37,094 bases of DNA from an uncultured Actinomycetes bacterium (GTDB lineage: Bacteria; Actinomycetota; Actinomycetes; Nanopelagicales; Nanopelagicaceae), in NCBI GenBank assembly GCA_964343665.1, contig CAYFJY010000001.1:1-37094 (forward strand). Direction: 5' to 3'. The notes under the pieces are model-generated. The model saw only the letters and a program-made list of their open reading frames with translations. It did no database searches and was not told the origin of the DNA. The position numbers and the translations under genes are program-made. Positions 21,898-31,091 of this stretch are shown here, piece after piece. The first letter of the stretch is position 1; every line of letters begins with the position of its first letter.

Positions 21898-23080
21898 ACG
21901 TCTCTTCACAAGCGAATCAGTTACCGAAGGCCATCCAGATAAAATTGCAGATCAAATTTCTGATGCGATCCTAGATTCACTTTTATCGCAAGACCCAAAG
22001 AGTCGAGTAGCGGTTGAAACATTGATAACTACAGGACAAGTCCACGTTGCAGGTGAGGTAACCACGAATGGTTACGCGGACGTCAATAACATTGTTCGCG
22101 ACACGGTACTAGGTATCGGTTATGACTCTTCTGATAAGGGATTTGACGGTAATTCATGTGGAGTTTCTATTTCAATTGGCCAGCAATCTCCTGATATAGC
22201 GCAAGGTGTAGACGATGCTTACGAAGAGCGAGTCCAATCTTCAGCAGATCCATTGGATCTTCAAGGTGCGGGTGATCAAGGATTGATGTTCGGTTATGCC
22301 TGCACAGATACCAAGGAATTAATGCCACTTCCGATTTGGCTTGCGCATCAATTGGCACTGCAGTTATCTAAGGTTCGTAAATCTGGTGAATTAGGTTATT
22401 TGAGACCCGATGGTAAAACTCAGGTGACAATTGAATATGATGGCGATAAAGCTGTCGCGCTTGATACGGTCGTGATTTCAAGCCAGCATCATGCAGATAT
22501 CGATGTGACTAAGAAATTAACACCAGAAGTTATCGAACATGTAATTAAACCTGTGCTTGCCAAGATTGATCTACCACAGGGAAATTTACGCACACTTATT
22601 AATCCAACAGGTCGTTTTGTTGTCGGCGGACCCATGGGCGATGCTGGACTAACAGGTCGTAAGATTATTGTCGACACATATGGTGGTATGGCTAGACATG
22701 GCGGAGGAGCTTTTAGTGGTAAGGATCCATCGAAGGTAGATCGATCTGCCGCGTATGCGATGCGATGGGTCGCAAAGAATGTAGTTGCGGCAGGATTGGC
22801 GCAAAGATGCGAAGTACAGATTGCTTACGCCATTGGAAAGGCGCAACCAGTAGGCCTTTTTGTAGAAACTTTTGGAACAGAGAAGGTGCCTGTACTTAAG
22901 ATTCAAGAAGCAGTTTTAGAAGTGTTTGATTTACGGCCTGCAGCAATCATTCGAGATCTTGATCTGCTACGACCGATCTATTCAAAAACCAGCGCATACG
23001 GACATTTTGGGCGTGAGTTACCTGATTTCACTTGGGAGAGAACTGATCGAGCAAGCAAATTAGCTGCCGCAGTAAAGTAA
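21890..23080 (+). CDS. metK: S-adenosylmethionine synthase
   Basis: 396 aa. Motifs: [78 protein letters not shown]. 8-nt overlap with coaBC. Confidence 0.98.
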   Translation: MSKRLFTSESVTEGHPDKIADQISDAILDSLLSQDPKSRVAVETLITTGQVHVAGEVTTNGYADVNNIVRDTVLGIGYDSSDKGFDGNSCGVSISIGQQSPDIAQGVDDAYEERVQSSADPLDLQGAGDQGLMFGYACTDTKELMPLPIWLAHQLALQLSKVRKSGELGYLRPDGKTQVTIEYDGDKAVALDTVVISSQHHADIDVTKKLTPEVIEHVIKPVLAKIDLPQGNLRTLINPTGRFVVGGPMGDAGLTGRKIIVDTYGGMARHGGGAFSGKDPSKVDRSAAYAMRWVAKNVVAAGLAQRCEVQIAYAIGKAQPVGLFVETFGTEKVPVLKIQEAVLEVFDLRPAAIIRDLDLLRPIYSKTSAYGHFGRELPDFTWERTDRASKLAAAVK

Positions 23081-23084
23081 ATTC

Positions 23085-24809
23085 ATGGCATCGCCACTTA
23101 AACTAAAAAGTGAGCGCATCGGTAAGGTAGCAATTGCCGAGGATTCACCCAATGTATCTGTGCTGGTGGATACTGGCGTTTATCATTTGGACGGGCCGTT
23201 TGATTATCACTTGCCTAAACGACTTGATCTTCAAGTTGGAGAATGGGTTTCTGTACCATTTAAAAATCGAAATCATCAGGGTTTGATCATCGAAAGAGGC
23301 AACAAGCCATTTTCTGCTATTTCTAACTCTAAAATTCTCCAAGTAAATCGAGCAATTCGAGGCCCGAAACTAGATAAGACATTAATTGAATTTTACCAAT
23401 CTATCGCCAAACGTTGGGCGGTACCTATTTTTGATGTTCTTCGATTCGTAACTAAGATCGATAATTCAACTGAAATTCGGGATAAAACTGGAGATTCGAA
23501 GCGTCTGTATCGACAATTATCACCATTGATCGATGAAATCACCCAAGTAAGGGAAATAGCAACAAAAATATCTAAGTCCGGTAAAACGTTAGTTATAGTC
23601 CCAGAAAGGAAAGTTGCTGATCAATTAATTTCAAGCGATTTCGCTGTGGGTATGCGAGGTTCCGTCCTTTCACCAAGTTATTACAAAAATGTCTTGATTC
23701 TAAGAGAAGAATCCGAACATCATTATGAATTGAGAAGTCCAGGATTTAATTCGCGTGATGTTGCCCTCATTAGAAATCAGATCCTTGGAGAAAACCTGCT
23801 TTTTCTCGGGTTCACTCCTTCGCTAGAAATGGGACGATTGCTAGAAACTGGATATGTAAAACTAATACGAGCTTCATTACCATTCAAGGGAAGAACACAG
23901 ATAACCGCAAAACCATCGCTGCAAGGTGAATTGATTCCAAGTGGTTTGATAAAACCATTTAAGGAGGCGCTTCGAAAAGGCCCGGCCTTGGTGATAGCCC
24001 CAACGAAAGGTTACGGATTAGCAATTAGCTGCGCGGCTTGTAGGAATATCGCTAAATGTGATTGTGGGGGTAAATTAAGTAAAACTAGCAAGAGCGCTGA
24101 TCCAAAATGCGTAATTTGCGGCAAAGACGATCAAAATTGGCGATGTAAATTTTGTCAAAAGAACACTATCTATCTTATTGCAAGAGGGATTGATCGAATT
24201 GCAGAAGAATTTGGTAAATCTTTCCCAAATACCGAAATACATATAGCCACAGCAGATAAGAATATTGATGGTCCGGTAGGGCCGAGCGCTATCGTTATTG
24301 CAACAGTTGGTGCCGCTCCCTTGATGGAGTACAGCACTGTTTTGTTTCTGGATGGAATTAATCTAGCCGCTGATCTTCGCTCTGAGGAGAGATATCTATC
24401 AGTTCTATTTAGACATGTAAGTCTCTCAAGCGGAAGAGCGCTGATAGTAGAGAGACCAGAAAATCCCGCGGTTAATGCGCTTCTTAAATGGCAACCATTT
24501 TCCTACATAACTCGTCAACTTAACGATTTAACAGAAGCGGAACTACCACCTTCCAGAAGACATGCTCTACTGAAAGGAGAATTAGATGAGAGTTCGAAGA
24601 TCTATATTGGACTTCTTACTGCATTGAGAGAGGGCCGCCTTCCAGATAAGACCAAGATTTTCAATGTGGGCGGAGGAATTATTTCTATCTTCTTTGCTCT
24701 TAAAGATTCCCAAAAGGTACTTGATTTTATTTATGAATTTCAAAAACGCCGGTCTATCAGCGGTAAACCTATGTTGAAGATGAGAATCGATCCGTACCAA
24801 CTCGGTTAG
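23085..24809 (+). CDS. priA: primosomal protein N' (PriA) homologue with degenerate helicase motifs
   Basis: 574 aa. The N-terminal 3'-DNA-binding region VSVLVDTGVYHLDGPFDYHLPKRLDLQVGEWVSVPF is present. So is a Cys-rich Zn region (CAACRNIAKCDCGG...CVICG...CKFCQ). Canonical Walker A, DExH and GRAGR motifs are not visible at the expected positions. Confidence 0.8.
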   Translation: MASPLKLKSERIGKVAIAEDSPNVSVLVDTGVYHLDGPFDYHLPKRLDLQVGEWVSVPFKNRNHQGLIIERGNKPFSAISNSKILQVNRAIRGPKLDKTLIEFYQSIAKRWAVPIFDVLRFVTKIDNSTEIRDKTGDSKRLYRQLSPLIDEITQVREIATKISKSGKTLVIVPERKVADQLISSDFAVGMRGSVLSPSYYKNVLILREESEHHYELRSPGFNSRDVALIRNQILGENLLFLGFTPSLEMGRLLETGYVKLIRASLPFKGRTQITAKPSLQGELIPSGLIKPFKEALRKGPALVIAPTKGYGLAISCAACRNIAKCDCGGKLSKTSKSADPKCVICGKDDQNWRCKFCQKNTIYLIARGIDRIAEEFGKSFPNTEIHIATADKNIDGPVGPSAIVIATVGAAPLMEYSTVLFLDGINLAADLRSEERYLSVLFRHVSLSSGRALIVERPENPAVNALLKWQPFSYITRQLNDLTEAELPPSRRHALLKGELDESSKIYIGLLTALREGRLPDKTKIFNVGGGIISIFFALKDSQKVLDFIYEFQKRRSISGKPMLKMRIDPYQLG

Positions 24810-24818
24810 AATAACTCT

Positions 24819-25367
24819 ATGGCAATTCAAACAATCAGGCTATTTGGTGATCCAGTATTAACTTCACCTGCCTCGCCAGTAACTACCTTTGATAAAGAAT
24901 TGCGCAAACTTGTAAAAGACCTTATCGACACCATGCAAGATGCCCCTGGAGCTGGTTTAGCAGCTCCTCAAATAGGTGTACCTCTTAGAGTTTTTACCTG
25001 GGAAGTAGATGACGAGGTTGGACATTTAGTTAATCCATCTTTAGATCTATCCGATGAGTTGCAAGATGGAGAAGAAGGATGTCTCTCATTTCCAGAACTT
25101 AGATATAACACCCCACGAGCCCTAAAAGCGGTAGCTAAAGGTTTTAATATGTATGGAGATCCAGTCATTATCGAAGGAACTGAATTTTTGGCAAGAGCGT
25201 TGCAACATGAAACGGATCATTTAGACGGTGTTCTTTTCATCGATAGATTAAATGAAATCGATCGTAAAGCAGCAATGAAGGAAATCCGTGAATCAGAATG
25301 GTTTGGTTTAAACGAGGCACCAAAAATTAAGATTTCACCGCATAAGACAAATGGTCTGAGTATTTGA
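24819..25367 (+). CDS. def: peptide deformylase
   Basis: 182 aa. All three signature motifs are present: GAGLAAPQIGV, EGCLSFP, HETDHLDG. Confidence 0.97.
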   Translation: MAIQTIRLFGDPVLTSPASPVTTFDKELRKLVKDLIDTMQDAPGAGLAAPQIGVPLRVFTWEVDDEVGHLVNPSLDLSDELQDGEEGCLSFPELRYNTPRALKAVAKGFNMYGDPVIIEGTEFLARALQHETDHLDGVLFIDRLNEIDRKAAMKEIRESEWFGLNEAPKIKISPHKTNGLSI

Positions 25368-26242
25368 TGAAATTGGTAATCGCAGCTACCCCAAAGATAG
25401 CAATTCCTGCGATTGAAGAGCTTAAGCGCAAACATCAAATCTCGATAATCACGCAACCGGATCGACCAGCAGGACGAGGGAAGGCTTTAACCCCAACTGA
25501 GATTTCTCAAAAATATCCTGAGGCTTTAAAACCAGAAACTGATGAAGAGCTTGCTTCCATTTTAAAAGATTGCGACCTATTTATAACAATCGGCTTTGGT
25601 CGATTGTTACCGGAAGAAGTTTTAAATATTCCTAGATTTGGTGGCATCAATCTCCACTTCTCTTTGCTCCCAAAATGGCGAGGAGCTGCGCCGGTACAGA
25701 GAGCGATTGAAGCAGGTGATAAATTAACTGGGGTTACAGTCTTTCAAATGGATAGTGGGATGGATTCTGGTCCAATATGGGAGCAGATTGAATATCCAAT
25801 TTCCTATGGAATGGATTCACCTAAGCTATTTGATGCACTTTCAGAGATTGGTAAGGATGCTCTGCAAATCGCTGTCACTCGAATAATAAAGGGTGAAAGT
25901 CCAAGAAAACAAAGTGGAGAGATCACATTCGCTAAGAAAGTTTTGAAGAGTGAATGCGTAATTGATTGGTCAAATGATGCTGAAACAATTATTCGAAAGA
26001 TAAGAGCTTTCGGATTCAATCCAGGCATCACAGCTCGAATTCGGAATGAGCAGATTAAAATCGAAGATGCTCGCGTATCGAACGTCGTTTTGCCGACGGC
26101 GCAGTTGAACTCCAACTGTGAAGTGGGAACTGGTAGGGGGTCTATTACTCTATTGAGAGTAACTCCGGCGGGGAAGAGATCAATGACCGCACAGGAGTGG
26201 ATTAACGGTTTTAAACCAAAAGATGGAGAGTGTTTTGACTAA
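25364..26242 (+). CDS. fmt: methionyl-tRNA formyltransferase
   Basis: 292 aa. Motifs: TQPDRPAGRGK, INLHFSLLPKWRGAAPVQRAI, GVTVFQMD..MDSGPI. The start is TTG 25364 or ATG 25367, overlapping the def stop. Confidence 0.95.
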   Translation: MMKLVIAATPKIAIPAIEELKRKHQISIITQPDRPAGRGKALTPTEISQKYPEALKPETDEELASILKDCDLFITIGFGRLLPEEVLNIPRFGGINLHFSLLPKWRGAAPVQRAIEAGDKLTGVTVFQMDSGMDSGPIWEQIEYPISYGMDSPKLFDALSEIGKDALQIAVTRIIKGESPRKQSGEITFAKKVLKSECVIDWSNDAETIIRKIRAFGFNPGITARIRNEQIKIEDARVSNVVLPTAQLNSNCEVGTGRGSITLLRVTPAGKRSMTAQEWINGFKPKDGECFD

Positions 26243-27569
26243 AACTTTCCGACGACCAACAAGAGATAAACCGAGAGAGTTAGCGTTTGAAATTTTTCGG
26301 GATGTTATCCGCAATAATCAATATTCTAATTTGATTCTCCCTAAGAGACTGATGGAGAGCGGGTTGGACAGTAGAGATAAGTCTTTCGTTACAGAGCTTG
26401 TATATGGATCGATTAGGCAGATCGGGCGAAATGATTACATTGCCAGTAAATATAGTTCTAGAACATGGTCTGAGGTCGATGAGGGGATCGTAGATTTGAT
26501 CAGATTGGGTGCCTACCAGTTATTTGATATGCGAGTGCCTACCCATGCGGCTGTGGACACAACCGTTAATCTTGCTAGAAAGATATTGGGCGAATCAAAA
26601 GCATCATTCATAAATGCAATGATGCGGAAGTTTTCAAGTCGTCCCTTAGAAGAGCATTTAGAAGATGTTTCAGATGATTCAGTTAGTTCGCTATCAATAC
26701 GGTACAGTCATCCAGAATGGATAATTAATTCTTACCGAGATTTCATAAGCGATGCAGAGGAGTTGAAATCACTTCTTGTTGCTAATAACACACCTGTTCC
26801 ACCGACTTTAGTAGCTTGGCCGGGATTAAGTTCGCAGGAGGAGTTAATTTCTCATGGCGCCGTTGCCACGAAATTCTCCAGATATGGCGCCGTATATCAA
26901 GGTGCTCCAGGCGATCTAGAAGCGATTAAGGAACGTAGAGCTGGCGTGCAAGATGAAGGTTCACAAATTTTAGTTTCAGTCTTTGCGCAAGCTGCTATAA
27001 ATAATGAACCTTGGTTAGATCTATGTGCCGGACCAGGGGGGAAAGCTGCTCTGCTCTCTTATTTAGCAAAGGAACGATTTTTCGCAAATGAGGTTTCAAT
27101 TGCACGAACCGAATTGGTTAAGAAGGTAATCAAACCAGGTTCAAAGGTTATAAATGCAGATGGCTGCGTACTTGATTCATCTTGGCTAGAAAACACTCAA
27201 ATTGGTGCAGTCCTAGCAGATGTGCCTTGCACAGGACTTGGGGCGCTCCGTAGAAGACCAGAAATAAGATGGCGAAGACAAATAAGTGATTTACAAAGTT
27301 TGACGACTTTGCAATACCGATTAGCAGAGAATGCGATCAAAATTTTGCCAAATGGCGGAATTTTTGGGTATGCCACATGTTCTCCACACATGGCCGAGAC
27401 ATCAGCACAATGCGCCACGTTTGAGAAACATTTTCCCATAGACAAAATCAACGTCGAACCATTTATGCCTGAAGGACTAGATGGCGGAGTGCGAAATGGC
27501 TTTATGCAATTGTGGCCGCATCGACACAGCACTGATGCGATGTTCCTCGCCTTATATAGAAAGCGATAA
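26223..27569 (+). CDS. rsmB: 16S rRNA (cytosine-C5)-methyltransferase RsmB/Sun
   Basis: 448 aa. It has a NusB-like N-terminal domain and SAM-MTase motifs DLCAGPGGKAALL, DVPCTGLGALRRRPE, YATCSP. 20-nt overlap with fmt. Confidence 0.92.
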   Translation: MESVLTKTFRRPTRDKPRELAFEIFRDVIRNNQYSNLILPKRLMESGLDSRDKSFVTELVYGSIRQIGRNDYIASKYSSRTWSEVDEGIVDLIRLGAYQLFDMRVPTHAAVDTTVNLARKILGESKASFINAMMRKFSSRPLEEHLEDVSDDSVSSLSIRYSHPEWIINSYRDFISDAEELKSLLVANNTPVPPTLVAWPGLSSQEELISHGAVATKFSRYGAVYQGAPGDLEAIKERRAGVQDEGSQILVSVFAQAAINNEPWLDLCAGPGGKAALLSYLAKERFFANEVSIARTELVKKVIKPGSKVINADGCVLDSSWLENTQIGAVLADVPCTGLGALRRRPEIRWRRQISDLQSLTTLQYRLAENAIKILPNGGIFGYATCSPHMAETSAQCATFEKHFPIDKINVEPFMPEGLDGGVRNGFMQLWPHRHSTDAMFLALYRKR

Positions 27570-27576
27570 TTACCCT

Positions 27577-28242
27577 GTGAACGAGATTCGAATAACTCCA
27601 AGCATTCTAAATGCCGATCCCTCTAATCTAAAGGGCGAAATCTTAAAGATTGCAGAGTATTCGGATCTGCTACATCTGGACATTATGGATAATAAATTTG
27701 TACCGAATGAAACTTGGAATTTCGAAGAGGCCAAAGAGATTATTAAGGCATCACCAATTCCTGTGGATGCTCATTTGATGATTACGGACCCTGAAATACA
27801 AGCAATGCGTTATGCAGAAGTAGGGTGTGCGAGCGTAACTATTCATTATGAAGCCGCTACGAATATAAAGGAGATTTTGAAGAATATAAGAAATTCAGGT
27901 TCTAGAGCGGCTTTAGCTTTGAAACCTAAAACTGATTTCAACGTTCTCTTAGATTTCAGAGAGTATCTCGACATGATTTTAATAATGACGGTTGAGCCAG
28001 GCTTTGGTGGACAGAAATTCATGACGGAGATGATGGAGAAAATCCGAAGAAGCAGGGATTTCATAGGTGATGCTGATATTTGGCTTCAAGTTGATGGTGG
28101 AATTTCCCTAGAGACAATAGGAATCGCGAGAGAGGCCGGTGCGGATACTTTTGTGGCAGGTAGCGCCGTTTTTAAAGCACCAGATCCTGGATCAATGGTT
28201 CGTCAATTGCGAGAATTAGCAACGAAAGCGCCAGACTCTTAG
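27577..28242 (+). CDS. rpe: ribulose-phosphate 3-epimerase
   Basis: The ORF opens at 27481 inside rsmB, but the GTG at 27577 (VNEIRITPSILNADPSNL) gives the canonical Rpe N-terminus and about 221 aa. Motifs: HLDIMDNKFVPN, DAHLM, MTVEPGFGGQKF, VDGGI. Confidence 0.93.
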   Translation: MNEIRITPSILNADPSNLKGEILKIAEYSDLLHLDIMDNKFVPNETWNFEEAKEIIKASPIPVDAHLMITDPEIQAMRYAEVGCASVTIHYEAATNIKEILKNIRNSGSRAALALKPKTDFNVLLDFREYLDMILIMTVEPGFGGQKFMTEMMEKIRRSRDFIGDADIWLQVDGGISLETIGIAREAGADTFVAGSAVFKAPDPGSMVRQLRELATKAPDS

Positions 28243-28255
28243 GTAAAATTCTGCA

Positions 28256-28519
28256 GTGAAATCCTTTGAACAATTATGGCTCGAGCTCCAAGAGAAGATA
28301 TCCGTTGGAGCTACTGATTCAAATACTGTTAGTTTGGTCAACTCTGGGATTCACGCAATTGGTAAAAAGATTATTGAGGAAGCTGGCGAAGTTTGGATAG
28401 CTGCGGAGTATCAGAGCGATCATGAATTAGCTCAGGAAATTTCACAATTGTTGTATCACCTTCAAGTATTGGCAATCTCCCGTGGTATCAAATTAGAAGA
28501 TATTTATAAGGAACTTTGA
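28256..28519 (+). CDS. hisE: phosphoribosyl-ATP pyrophosphatase
   Basis: 87 aa with a GTG start. Motifs: FEQLWLELQEKI, KKIIEEAGEVWIAAE, EISQLLYHLQVL. Confidence 0.9.
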   Translation: MKSFEQLWLELQEKISVGATDSNTVSLVNSGIHAIGKKIIEEAGEVWIAAEYQSDHELAQEISQLLYHLQVLAISRGIKLEDIYKEL

Positions 28520-29361
28520 TGAAAATTGCAGTGCCCAATAAGGGTTCTCTCGCAGATTCCAGCATTCAAATTCTCAAAGAAGCTGGATACAAACAGAGGA
28601 GCGATGCTAGGGATCTGGTGTTAATTGATCCAGAAAATAGTGTTGAATTTTATTATCTACGTCCGAGGGATATAGCTCTATATGTCGGAACTGGAGAGTT
28701 ACAAGCTGGTATTACTGGAAGAGATTTGTTAATTGATTCTGGGGCTAGCGCGGAGGAGGTATTACCACTTGATTTTGGTTCCTCCACTTTTAGATTTGCT
28801 GCGCCAACTGGTGGTAATTGGGATCTAAAATCTCTTTCTAGCAAACGAATTGCTTCCGCCTACCCTGGATTGGTCGCCAATTACTTATTGAATCATGGCA
28901 TCAAAGCGGAAGTAGTCCGCTTAGACGGGGCCGTTGAATCTGCAGTTAGGTTAGGGGTAGCGGATCTAATCGCTGATGTAGTTAGCACCGGAAATACCCT
29001 ACGACAAGCTGGATTGGAAATGTTCGGGGAGGAGATACTAAAGAGTGAGGCGATATTGATCAGCCGCAAAGGTGTCTCGCAAACTCCAGAATTTGAAACT
29101 TTGCAAAGACGTCTTCAAGGTGTGGTTATTGCAAGGCAATATGTACTTTTGGACTATGACATTCCAAAAGCCAACTTAGCTAGCGCATGTAAATTAACAC
29201 CTGGTCTTGAATCACCAACTATTTCACCGCTAGCGAAGGAAGATTGGGTAGCCGTTCGAGCAATGGTCCTTCGTAAAGAGACAAATAAGGTGATGGATGA
29301 GCTATGGAATGTTGGAGCCAGAGGGATTCTTGTCACCGACATACATGCCTGCCGACTTTGA
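28516..29361 (+). CDS. hisG: ATP phosphoribosyltransferase (long form)
   Basis: 281 aa. Motifs: KIAVPNKGSLADSSIQILKEAGY, RPRDIALYVGTGELQAGITGRDL, DLIADVVSTGNTLR, plus the C-terminal regulatory domain. The start is TTG 28516 or ATG 28519, overlapping the hisE stop. Confidence 0.95.
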   Translation: MMKIAVPNKGSLADSSIQILKEAGYKQRSDARDLVLIDPENSVEFYYLRPRDIALYVGTGELQAGITGRDLLIDSGASAEEVLPLDFGSSTFRFAAPTGGNWDLKSLSSKRIASAYPGLVANYLLNHGIKAEVVRLDGAVESAVRLGVADLIADVVSTGNTLRQAGLEMFGEEILKSEAILISRKGVSQTPEFETLQRRLQGVVIARQYVLLDYDIPKANLASACKLTPGLESPTISPLAKEDWVAVRAMVLRKETNKVMDELWNVGARGILVTDIHACRL

Positions 29362-29366
29362 ATCGA

Positions 29367-29999
29367 CTAAATAAACTTAATAACTTCTCTTAGATCTCTA
29401 ATATCGATAATTTCGTCGGCAACTTCTTTCAAAGGATCCTTTGCACAGAAGGCGATTCCAATACCGGCAGATTGCACCATATCAATATCATTGGCACCGT
29501 CTCCGATGGCGATGGAATCTTCGATATTAATTCCTTCTTTGTCGGAACATTCCTTAAGAAAAACGGCTTTTGCCTTTCGATCAACAACGGCTGAAGAAAT
29601 CTCTCCTGTGATGTATCCATCCTTCGTGGCCAACTCATTTGCCCTGAAATATTTAATTCCCAGATCTTCGAGAATTGATTTGATAACCGAAGTAAAACCT
29701 CCACTTACGACCGCTGGTACATGTCCATTCGCTAATATATAGTCAATTAATTCGACTGCGCCATTGGTGAGAGTGATCTCATTCCGAACTGCTTCTATTG
29801 CTGATATTGGTAATCCTCTCAAGAGTTTTACTCGAGACCTTAGTGATTCTTCAAAATCAATCTTGCCAGCCATCGCCTGTCGGGTGATTTCGGATACTTC
29901 CACTTCTACATTTGCGTGTTGAGCTAGTAAATCAATGACTTCTTGATCGATTAAGGTTGAGTCCATATCGAACAGAACGAGCTTTCTTCTACGACTCAT
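29367..29999 (-). CDS. serB: phosphoserine phosphatase, HAD catalytic portion
   Basis: HAD motifs LVLFDMDSTLIDQEVIDLLA, VVSGGF, AIGDGANDIDM. The ORF opens at 30041, but the ATG at 29999 (MSRRRKLVLFDMDST) fits the SerB domain boundary. It overlaps the upstream ACT ORF by 11 nt in a different frame. Confidence 0.88.
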   Translation of the reverse strand: MSRRRKLVLFDMDSTLIDQEVIDLLAQHANVEVEVSEITRQAMAGKIDFEESLRSRVKLLRGLPISAIEAVRNEITLTNGAVELIDYILANGHVPAVVSGGFTSVIKSILEDLGIKYFRANELATKDGYITGEISSAVVDRKAKAVFLKECSDKEGINIEDSIAIGDGANDIDMVQSAGIGIAFCAKDPLKEVADEIIDIRDLREVIKFI

Positions 30000-30267
30000 T
30001 TTTAGGCTTATACATTTGATAGTCGATTGCAAGATCCACACCCAACTTCTGGGCGCCTTCGTTTAAATCTAACTCTATAGCTTTTGCATGGGCTTTATCC
30101 AAGCTAAATAGGATGGTCAAAAAGTATCTATTGCGAATATCTATACATTGCTTATCTAAAATTTTGATTGAAAAAGGTTTGAGAATTTCGAGAATGGACT
30201 CTTCTATCTTAGGCGCGCTTAAACCTGTGACTAGAATTAAACCCGTGAAAATCTCATCAGAAGTCAT
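29989..30267 (-). CDS. ACT-domain protein corresponding to the N-terminal regulatory domain of SerB
   Basis: 92 aa. The pattern ILVTGLSAPKIEESILEILKPFSIKILDKQCIDIRNRYFLTILFSL...GVDLAID follows the beta-alpha-beta-beta-alpha-beta ACT pattern seen at the N-terminus of actinobacterial SerB. It lies immediately upstream of, and overlapping, the HAD ORF. Confidence 0.65.
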   Translation of the reverse strand: MTSDEIFTGLILVTGLSAPKIEESILEILKPFSIKILDKQCIDIRNRYFLTILFSLDKAHAKAIELDLNEGAQKLGVDLAIDYQMYKPKNES

Positions 30268-30308
30268 AACGAGATTTTAGTGTAACGCTGAGGTAATCTA
30301 ATCAGCCT

Positions 30309-31091
30309 ATGGCTCATGTAGCGACTCTTACAGATATCGTAGTTTCCCGGGGCGATAGAAACATTCTCGGGCCACTAACGTTGAATATCTCTGATAATGA
30401 ACGTTGGGTTATTTTGGGTCCCAACGGAGCGGGCAAATCCACTCTCCTCAAAATATTAGCCACCGAGATTTTCCCCAGCAAAGGAGATGTAAATTTACTT
30501 GGCCACCAATTGGGAAAGGTTGATGTTTTCGAATTGCGCACCCGGATAGGTGTTTGCGCCTCTATGAAACACGAGCAGATACCGCTTGATGAGACAGTAA
30601 AAGATGTCGTTCTGACTGCTGCTTACGCTGTTATTGGAAGATGGAATGAAGTTTATGATCTTTGGGACGAGTCGAGAGCTTCAGCCCTGCTAACAACTTT
30701 TGGAGTTAGAGAGCTTGGCAATCGTATCTACGGAACTTTGAGTGATGGCGAACGCAAAAGAGTTCAGATAGCTAGGGCATTGATGATTGATCCTGAACTC
30801 TTATTGTTAGATGAACCTACAGCAGGGTTAGATCTTGGTGGACGTGAAGATTTACTATCTAGATTTGCAGCTTTTGCAAATGATCCTCGGTCACCAGTTA
30901 CCGTTACCGTTACACATCATCTAGAGGAGATACCAGCAGGAACCACTCACGCTCTTTTAATTAGGGATGGAAATATTGCTGTCAGTGGACCGGTAGCGGG
31001 GGTAGTAACAAGTGAGCATGTAAGCGCAGTATTTGGAATTTCTATGGAGGTCACAACTTCTAATGGACGATTTTTCGCACGCGCTCTCTAA
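30309..31091 (+). CDS. ABC-transporter ATP-binding protein (stand-alone, YlmA/ModF-like)
   Basis: 260 aa. Walker A is GPNGAGKST, the signature is LSDGERKRVQIARAL, Walker B is LLLLDEPTAGLD, and the H-loop is VTHH. No permease or substrate-binding gene is adjacent. Confidence 0.88.
   Translation: MAHVATLTDIVVSRGDRNILGPLTLNISDNERWVILGPNGAGKSTLLKILATEIFPSKGDVNLLGHQLGKVDVFELRTRIGVCASMKHEQIPLDETVKDVVLTAAYAVIGRWNEVYDLWDESRASALLTTFGVRELGNRIYGTLSDGERKRVQIARALMIDPELLLLDEPTAGLDLGGREDLLSRFAAFANDPRSPVTVTVTHHLEEIPAGTTHALLIRDGNIAVSGPVAGVVTSEHVSAVFGISMEVTTSNGRFFARAL

Noticed and set aside
27481-27576. N-terminal extensions offered by the ORF track for rpe (27481), carA (12695), ung (31033), serB (30041) and the DUF554 gene (33886).
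   Set aside because: The extensions lie inside the preceding gene and add residues not found in the respective families. Internal ATG/GTG codons give canonical N-termini with short overlaps. The exact starts remain unverified.
28243-28255. A possible his leader peptide, attenuator or T-box upstream of hisE, and similarly upstream of alaS.
   Set aside because: Only 13 nt separate rpe and hisE, and 0 nt separate the DUF948 gene and alaS. There is no room for a leader RNA.
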